This document shows positions 54,814 to 64,000 of a DNA stretch of 64,000 nt, piece by piece (the first letter of the stretch is position 1; the number at the start of each line of letters is the position of its first letter). The notes under the pieces are model-generated. The model was not told the DNA's origin. It saw only the letters and a list, made by a program, of their open reading frames with translations, and made no database searches. The DNA is from a virus: the IMG/VR virus record IMGVR_UViG_3300021400_000072; one strand, written 5' to 3'. The translations under genes were made by a program, and so were the position numbers.

Positions 54814-55356
54814 ATGAATTATAAAGATTTAAATTTACATACTGATAACGATATGTATTTTATTGAAGTATAGGGGAAGAAAATTAATATAAAAAAATAT
54901 CTTCCTATTAACGATAAAAAGGATTTAATTGAAATTACTCTACAAAAAGCAGAATAGGCGGACGGTACTTATAATGAAATTCTAATTGATATGTATTTTA
55001 ATTTACATCTTGTTTATCTTTATACCGATATAGTTTTTACTGATGAAGATAGAGAAGATGAAATGAAACTTTATGATGAATTAGAAAGTAGTGGATTGCT
55101 TGAAAGAATTCTTGATAAGATTCCAGATGAAGAATATAATACTTTAATGGATTATCTAAAAGCAATGCGTAAAGAAATTAGTTCTTATAAACATAGTGCG
55201 GCAGCTATGGTACAGAAATTGATCGTAGATTTGCCGAAGAATGCAGAAGCCGCCGCAAAGATTGTATAGAATTTTAATCCTGAAAAATATAAAGAAGTTG
55301 TTGATTTTGCTCAACATGCAAATGGTGATAGGCCAATTCCTTTAAATAATAAATAA
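54814..55356 (+). CDS. tail assembly chaperone-like protein
   Basis: Acidic small protein directly upstream of the tape measure gene; terminator-like hairpin at 55378-55425. Confidence 0.4.
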
Positions 55357-55454
55357 TAGGGCTAAATAATTTAATTTTGATCGCTCTCTTTGTATAAATA
55401 TACAAAGAGAGCGATTTTTTTATTTTATTTGAAATATAAAGGAGGAGATAATTA

Positions 55455-58400
55455 ATGGCTCAACAAGGAGGAAGAATAGATTTTCAAATAGGTTTTAAAA
55501 CCGATAAATCTGGAATATAGGATTTAAAGAAATCTTTACAATAGATACAAAAGATTAAACCTGCGAATTTCGATGGCACAAATCAAGATTTGCAAGAAGT
55601 TAAATCTACTGCTAAAGAAGTTGAGGCAGCGTTATCTAAGGCTTTTAATCCTAATATTAATTCTATAAATTTAAAAACATTTGATAATCAATTAAAAGCG
55701 TCAGGTAAAACTATAAATGATATATATACAAGTTTTTCTAAAGCTGGCGCACAAGGCTAGGTCGCATTTAGTCAAATGGCTAGGTCTGTACTTACCACAA
55801 ATCAGCAATTAAAAGAAACACATAGTATTATTAATTAGATGGGTACAACATTTGTTAATACTATTAAATGGGGTGTTGCATCTAGTATAATGAATACTTT
55901 TACAGCAAGTGTTCAAGGTGCTTTCACATATGTTGAAAGTTTAGAGAAATCTTTAACAAATATTAGAATTGTTACTGGTGATTCCCAAGAGAAGATGGAG
56001 CAATTTGCGGATTCTGCTAACCGTGCCGCTCAAGAATTGGGCCGTAGCACTATGGATTATAGTAAGGCCGCACTTACTTTCTATCAACAGGGTTTAGGAG
56101 AAGAAGATGTTCAGGCTAGAACTGAAGCCGTTTTAAAAGCATAGAATATTACTGGCGCGGGCTCATAGATGGCAGATTACTTAACCGCAGTGTGGAATGG
56201 TTATAAAGTCGCTAATGAATAGGCGTAGGTTTATGTCGATAAGCTCGCCGCAGTTGCAGATAGAAGTGCTTCTGACATGAGTTAGTTAGCTATTGGTATG
56301 TCTAAAGTTGCGTCTACTGCTAATACAATGGGTGTAAATGTAGATCAATTAAATGCTCAATTGGCTACTGTTATTGCTACAACAAGACAGGCGCCAGAAG
56401 CTGTCGGTACAGCATTTAAGACTATATATACTCGTTTGAATGATATTAAAACTGGCGCGGATGGTGCTTAGGTAAGTTTAGGAAACTATTCTGGTAAGAT
56501 GGCAGCATTAGGTTTTAATGTTCTTGATGCTACAGGTCATCTTAGAGATACAGGATAGGTTATGTAGGAAATAGGTGCCCGCTGGGAAGACTTAACAAGA
56601 GAACAACAAGTTTATTTGGCTACTACAATGGGTGGTCAAAGACAGGTTAACCAGTTAATGGCTCTATTTGACAACTGGACTACATATAGTGAATTATTAA
56701 ATACATCCCTTGAATCTGAAGGTACTCTTGCACAGAAAAACTCTGTTTATTTAGAGTCTCTTGGTGCTAAGATGGAACAATTAGGAGCAGCAGGAGAACG
56801 TGTAAAAGCTAGTTTAATTGATAATGAGAGTTTTGGTAATGTTATTGAATTATTAACAACTGGAACTAATTTATTAGGCAGTTTCATTTAGGCTATCGGC
56901 GGCGGTGGCACTGCTTTACTTGGATTAGGCGGTATCGCTACGCAAGTTTTTAGTGGCGTTATTTCTAAAGAAATTAATAATGCTATTGTTAATTTTCAAA
57001 ATATGAAATTTAATGCTTAGCAAACTGCAAAAGAATTATAGCTTACTCAACAGTTTGGAGAAAGAAATAATTTTGATCAATCTAAAGTTATTGATTAGAT
57101 GTTAAAAGCTAAACAATAGATGCAAGGATATTACTCTGTAATGTCTACTGAATAGAGAAATGCTTATAATGAATTAGTCAATGCTTTAGGTGTTGCTAAA
57201 GAGCAAGTTATTACAGAAGAAGATAAAATAAAAAAAGCTGAATAGTACAATAAAGCTTTACAAGCAGTTGCTGATGAATATTAGATAGATCTTTAGGCTC
57301 AACGGTTAGGAGTTGTAGAATATACTGATAGCATTACTAATTTATTAAATAATTTAAAAAAGGGATCAGGAGATAAATCTACTCTTTTTGCAGATTTAAA
57401 TTTACAAATTGAAGAATTAGAAACTAATTTAGGAACAATGTCTCCTAAATTAAAATCTATGTTTGAATAGCTTAAATCTCTACAAGGAGAAAAGGAAGAT
57501 AAAGATAGAATTTTAGCAGCTTTTTTCCCAAATGGAGATAAAGGACTTTAGCAATAGTCTTAGGCATTAAGAAGAAAAATTACAAATTTAATAAATTAGA
57601 TTAATAATGAAGTAAAAAATTTAACAGATTTAAGTATAGATATTGATGTTCATACTAAAGGATTAAAAGAAGCTAAAGAAGATTTGGCAAAAGCAGAAGA
57701 AGCTGTTAAGAATTATCAAAAAACAATGTCTCAAGCTTTAGATGTAAAGAATATAGTTTCAGGCATTGGAGAAATAGGTCGAATGTCATCTGCTTTTATG
57801 GCATTAGGAAATAGTATAAAAACAGCATTCGATTCTAACATATCTCCTTCTGAAAAATTTTTTAAAATTTTAATGAGTGCTTCTTACTCTATTCCTACGA
57901 TAGTAACTAGTTTTGAAAGATTAAAAACTTATACTAAATCTTTATCTGATGCTATAAAGGCGGCTAACATTGTAAAATAGGCATAGAATAAAATAGATAC
58001 TGCTAAAGCAGCGATTCAAGAAAAAGAAATTGCTAATAATGCAATAGAAAGTGGACAGAGAATAGCAGAGGCCACAGAAGAAGGTATAGTTACAACAGCT
58101 AAAGGTGCAGAAACAGTTGCTACTAATTTATTAGCAGCAGCTTAGGAAAGATTAGCAGCCGCAAGAGCAACAAATCCTTTAGGTTTAACTTTATTGGTAA
58201 TTGCTGGCGCAGTTTTAGCTATAAAAGGTCTTACTGCGGCATATGATGCTGTTACTATGTCTACTGAATAGGCAGGTTAGGCTATTGATAAATTTAATCA
58301 AAAAGCAGAACAAACTAAAAATACAATCAAATAGTATAATACTAATATTAGTAATTTAGATGCTGCTAAGGAAGAGTGGGAAGAGCTAGCTGATCGTGCT

Positions 58401-61400
58401 GGAAGTTATAATACAACTATTGATAACTTAACAGAAGACGAAAAGGCACGTTATTTTGAATTAAGCAATTTAATTGCTCAATATAATGAAGGTGCTGTTC
58501 AAGGATATGATGAACAAGGCAATGCAATTATTGCAAATAATGACGCTTTAAAAGAAACTATTTAGTTATTAAAACAAAAACGTCAAGAAGAAATTAATGA
58601 CACTTATTCAGGTGAAGATTTTTAGTAGGCTCAAAAAGGTCGTCAAGCCTATGCTAAAGACGCAAATAAACAAGGTAAAAAATTTACTAATATTGCAGAA
58701 GGCTCTGCTAATGAGATTTTAGATTATCTAAATTCATATGGAAATGATTTAGATGATGGATTAACAGGGTTTAGAGATAGACTTGCTGAGATTACTGCTA
58801 AAGGCGAAAAAGGTATATTAGAACATCAGGAAGAACTTATTCAAATTTTTGAAAAGTTAATGGAAAGTGGAAAATTACCTGACGCTTATATGTCACAACC
58901 CATTTTAGATACTTTAAAAGATTATAGTGATAAATATACTGATGATATAAAGGGAGCCTTAGATGGTTTTAACGAAGATGTAATTGGTGTACTTCAAGTT
59001 TCTACAGATAACGAAGGTTCTAATTTTACTAAAGCAGAATAGGCTGGCTTAACAAATATGAGAGGAATCGTTTCTTCTTATATAGAAGGAATGGATAAAT
59101 ATAACCCAGACGGAACTTTAAAAACACCTTAGGAAATTGCTAAACAAGTTTAGAAAGAAATTGTAACTCCTATTTATGAAAGTCTTGGTCAAATTGATCC
59201 TTAGACAGAAGAAAGTTTATATCAAAAATTAATTAAAAGTATTACAGAAGACGATAAATTACAAAATAATGATTTTAGCAGTTTAGAAGAAAAAAATAAT
59301 TATATCGTTCAAAAAATAGAAGATTTTATCCAATCTAATATTGAAGCATTTGAAAATTTAACTCCTGATGCTAAAAAAGCATTAGAAGATTTGTTTGCTA
59401 ATTTATATAATTTAGATAGTTTAAAAATTAATTTTAAAACTGGAAAAGTAGAATAGTCTGTAGATAAAGCATTAGATAGATTAGCAAAAAGGATTAACAA
59501 AGATTGGGATGAGCTTGATGCAAAAACTCAAGATAAAAAGAGAAACGCTTTAACCTCAATATTAAAATCTGATATAGATGAAAAAGAATTAGATTATATT
59601 ACATAGCATATAGAAAAAGCTATAAAAATATATGGTAATGAAGTTGAAGCAATAAAAGCATTACAGGAATAGGCTTCTAAATTAGGTAATTTAGATGATA
59701 ATTTAAACACTATGAGTTTGTTAGACAAACAAGCTAGTGGAGAAAAATTAGGTCAAAAAGAACAATAGTCTTTATAGTCTGGATTAAATACTTTAAAAGA
59801 TAGTTATCCTGATTTAATCAAGCAAGTTTAGATTCTTCAAACATAGTGGATGCAAGGTACTTCCGCCTATGAATAGGCTTTAAGAAAAGTAAAAATGGCT
59901 TTAATAGATACATTAGGAGAATCTTTAAATAAAGCTTTACTTTAGGCAGAAGATAGTGTTTTATAGCAAGAAAAAGCATTATAGGATTATAATAATAAAA
60001 TTTTAGATTTAACAAGAACTACTGAAGATTATCAAACAATTTTACGATTAAGCAAAGTAACAGATTAGACTAAACAACAAAGTTTAATTAAAATTGCAAC
60101 AAGCTACGAAAGTTGTAGAGATTAGTTAGAAAAATATTATAAAACAATACAAGAACATCCTGACGATTTATAGGCACAAGAACCCGAAAGATTTGCGCTA
60201 GAGCGTTCTACCAGAGCAGCAGAAAATGGAGAGCAGTTTGGTATTGATCCAGAACGTATTCAAACTTTAGCGGCACAATATTCTGAATTAGCAGACCAAG
60301 AAGCAGCAGGATATGAAGGTTTAAATTAGAATGCAGAATTAGCAGCAGACGCCGCCACTCGTTATATTAGACTTAATGATGCTATTGCTGATTTACAACA
60401 AAATTATGATAAAGTAACATCTGTTTTGTCTGATTTACGAACTTTAGGACTAGAAGAAATTGCGGCAAATAAAGATTTATCTGATACTTTTCAACAGATA
60501 AAAAAAGATGTTGCAGGAATAGTGGATACGTCAGAAGATTTAATTGGAGATGACTGGATAAAAGATCATGCTGGTTAGATTCAAGCTGCTTTAGAAGGTG
60601 ATCAATAGGCCATAGATAGTTTACGAGAAGCTGCTCAAGAAGAAATTTTAACTAATGTAGGTATCGATTTTGAAGGTTTTGATGAACAAAAAGCAGGATT
60701 TTTATCTCGCTTAAATGAATTAGAAGATGGTGCTGATATAACAGCAGAAATGTCTTTAGATGATGTAGCTTTTCTTCAAAATCTTGTTTCTGCTATGTAG
60801 CAAGCTGGCATGGCGCAAGCAGATATTGAAAATGCTTTAAGCGGACTTGGAATAGATGTTGATTTAGCTCCTTATGAAGAAGGATTAAATTCTGCCATTG
60901 ATCAAGCTGCAGAAGCGGGAATGCTTTCTTCTGATGCTTTTGCAGGCAATGCAGGTGTAAATTCTACTATAACTACTTCTACGGATACTGCCCAAGATAC
61001 AGTATAGGCTCCTGGTTATGATGTGACTCCAACAGACGTTCCTTTTAGCATTTCTTTACCTGTAGTTGCACCTGCAATGTATCCAGGAGTAGCAATTCCT
61101 ACTTTTACAGGAGGAATTGCTACTGCACCAGGCTCTTATCCCTCAATTGAAGTTACTCCTAAAACAGAGTCTGTTGAAGCTACCAAAGAAACAACTGGAA
61201 CGGGTTTATAGGTAGTAGGTGCGAGAAAATCTTCTGGTGGTAAAGTTAGTCATAAAAATGCATCAGGTGGTAATAAAAAATCTTCTGGTGGTAAAGGTAA
61301 AGGCGGTAAAGGTAAAAAAGGAGGAGGTAAAAAAGGCTCAACTAAAACTCCTAAAGTTTAGAAACCTATTACAGATAAACCTGACCGTTACCATGATGTA

Positions 61401-64000
61401 AATCTTAAATTAAAAGATATTGATAATGATTTAGGCAAACTTCAGAAAAAATAGCAAAAATTAACTGGCAAAGATTTACTTAAAAATCTTAATGAGCAAT
61501 TAAAACTTCTTGAAAAACAAGTAGCTACTTATAAAGAAAAAATTTAGTTAGAAAAACAATAGGCTGATTAGATTCGTAATCGTTTAAAGAAATAGGGCGC
61601 TACATTTGGTCCTGACGGTAATATATCTAATTATAATAAAGTTCTTTCTGATGCTTTAAATGAATATAATGCAACTATCGCTAAATATAATAAAATGAGT
61701 GCGGAAGAGCAATAGAAAAATAAAGATATGCTCGAAAAGGCTAAATAGAAATATGAAAATCTCAAGAAAGATATTTAGCGTTACGATAAAATTATATCTG
61801 AAGAAATTCCTGGATTAGAGAAAGCTGTACAAGAAGCAATAGATAAACAAACTTAGATTAACATTCAAAAATTTAAAGTTAAAGTAGATTTAGAGATGGA
61901 TATGTCTGAAGCATAGCGTGAATTTAATTAGTTTGTTAAGAAAGTAAAAAAACAACTAAGAGATGACGATGTTCTTGGAAATGCTCAGGCATATTTAAAA
62001 GATTATTCTTCTTATTATAAAGGCGGGTATGATGTAATTCAAGCGTTAACGGATCAAATCCGTAATACTAGAAATTAGATTAATAATATTGATAAACAAG
62101 GTTCTTCTTCGGTATACGGAAAAGATAGGGCGGCCGCAATTAAAGATTTACAAGAATATACTAAAGAGTTAATGAGCAATCTTTCAGATATAGAAGATGT
62201 TGTTGCAAATATTAAAAATACTATCTTTGATGCTATTGATAAGGCTCAAGATGCTTTTGATGAACAAAAGAAAGAGTATGAATATATTGCAGATTTAATT
62301 GAACATAATCAAAAGGTTGTATAGTTATTATATGGTGAAGATGCTTATAATCAATTATAGGAATATTATAAATTACAATAGAAGAATAATAATAATCAAT
62401 TAGATTTTTTAAGACGGCAAAAAGAAATGTGGTATTCTCGTATGGAAGCAGAGCGGAAGAGGATGAATAATCTTACTGAAGGTACAAACGCCTGGAAAGA
62501 AGCTAACGACCGCTTTGAAGAATATAAGAGACATTGGATGGATTCTTTGGATGAAATTAATGGTTAGATTTAGAACTCTATTGAGAATTTAATTGATAAA
62601 TATACTAATGCTGTTGATAAAATCTTTTTAGCTTTTGAGAATAATATTACTGGCGGAAAAGGCTTAGAAAATATTTCTGAGGAATGGTAGTTAATCGGCA
62701 AGCAAGCGGATCAATATTTAGATAAAGTAAATTCTATGTATGAGATTGATAAACTTGAAAATGCTTATAGGGATGCTATTGATGATAATGACGGTAATTT
62801 AAAAGCACAACAATCTTTAAATAATTTAATGAATGAACAATTAAAATATTTAAAGGATAAAGATAAATTAACTCAATATGATGTTGATAGAGCAAATGCT
62901 TTATTACAAATTGAAATTAAACGTTTAGCTTTAGAGCAAGCTCGTCAAAGTAAAACTAAATTACGTTTAAGAAGAGACTCGCAAGGTAATTATACTTATC
63001 AATATACTGCGGATGAAGATGCTACAAGACAGGCTCAACAAGAACTCGCGGATGCTGAAAACAGTCTATATAATTTAACGAAATAGTCATATAAAAATAA
63101 TTTAGATGATTATTATGATACTACGGAAGAAATGAATGAAAAGATAAGGGATGTATATAAGGATACAACTTTATCTGCAGAAGAGCAAAATCAAAAAATT
63201 GCTATGATTTATGAATATTATGGTGATATTATAAATGGTTTAACATAGCAAAATGAAGATTTAAAGAGATTTATGATGGAAGATACATTTAATGAAATGG
63301 CTAAAATGTATGATACCAACGTATAGAACTTTAAAAATATGACAGATGAAGAAAAAGATATTTTTATGAATGATATGGTTCCTTATTGGAAATCAAGTAT
63401 TCAAGATATGGCTGATACTTTTGCGGGCGCAGGTGGTTTTGGTCCTATAACGTAGGATCTATTTAAAGATTTAATAGATAATTCTAAAGATTATCAAGAT
63501 TCATTAGATGAAATAGGTAAAGTTGCAAATGTTAGTTTAGAATAGATTAAAAATGCTACAGATATAAATATTCAAAGAGCAGAATCATTATTAGAAAAAA
63601 ATGATGAATTAATTAATTCTTATAATAAAGAAATGACAAAAGTACAAGAGGTTATTAATCAAGTAAATGCATTAACTAATGCTTATCAAAAGGCTAAAAA
63701 TGAAGCAATTGCCGCGACATAGGCCGCTTATAATTTTAATCAACAAGATAATGCTAAGACAGTAAGTTCTTTAATAAACAATAAAAAGACTGCGGGAGAT
63801 GCTCAATATAGAAAAGCGGCATCTTTCGATACCGGAGGATATACTGGAGATTGGGGTGATATGGGAAAAGCAGCAATCTTACATGAAAAAGAGATTGTAT
63901 TAAATTCTTATGACACAACTAACCTTTTATCGGCGGTTAAAATTACAAGAACATTAGATAATATTATATCTAATTTTGCAATGAAGCCTTTCACTCTTGG
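55455..64000 (+). CDS. tail tape measure protein (partial, >2840 aa), heavily TAG-recoded
   Basis: One continuous frame from ATG 55455 (RBS GGAGGAG) to the window end; frame continuity checked across several ORF-track fragments. K/G-rich linker at 61230-61370 and coiled-coil segments. Confidence 0.6.

Overview
Phage-like 64-kb window with three regimes. (1) A minus-strand tRNA island (1-6600): about 19 tRNAs, most behind near-identical TTGCAT-N17-TTATAAT sigma70-type promoter repeats. It contains one intron-bearing tRNA-Leu(UAA), three tRNA-like elements whose anticodon arm is replaced by a tetraloop hairpin, and a tRNA-Gln-like gene with an 8-nt anticodon loop. (2) Standard-code minus-strand genes (6.6-15.3 kb and 18.6-37.5 kb): many small ORFs plus a DEDDh exonuclease, HAD phosphatase, isochorismatase-family hydrolase, SprT-like protease and SPFH protein. 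In 18.3-32.4 kb these sit in a repeated intergenic module, and the region ends in a palindrome/iteron cluster at 31.7-33.0 kb. (3) Late-type gene blocks in which TAG is an in-frame sense codon: plus strand 16.2-17.9 kb and 37.7-64 kb (TerL interrupted by an HNH endonuclease/likely group I intron, portal, scaffold, HK97-like capsid, tail tube, chaperone, tape measure >2800 aa), a minus-strand lysis cassette at 10.08-12.6 kb, and one small minus gene at 6009..6308 inside the tRNA island. No tRNA with a CUA anticodon was found among the tRNAs I could decode. All calls are from manual reading; coordinates of recoded genes are approximate to within a few codons.
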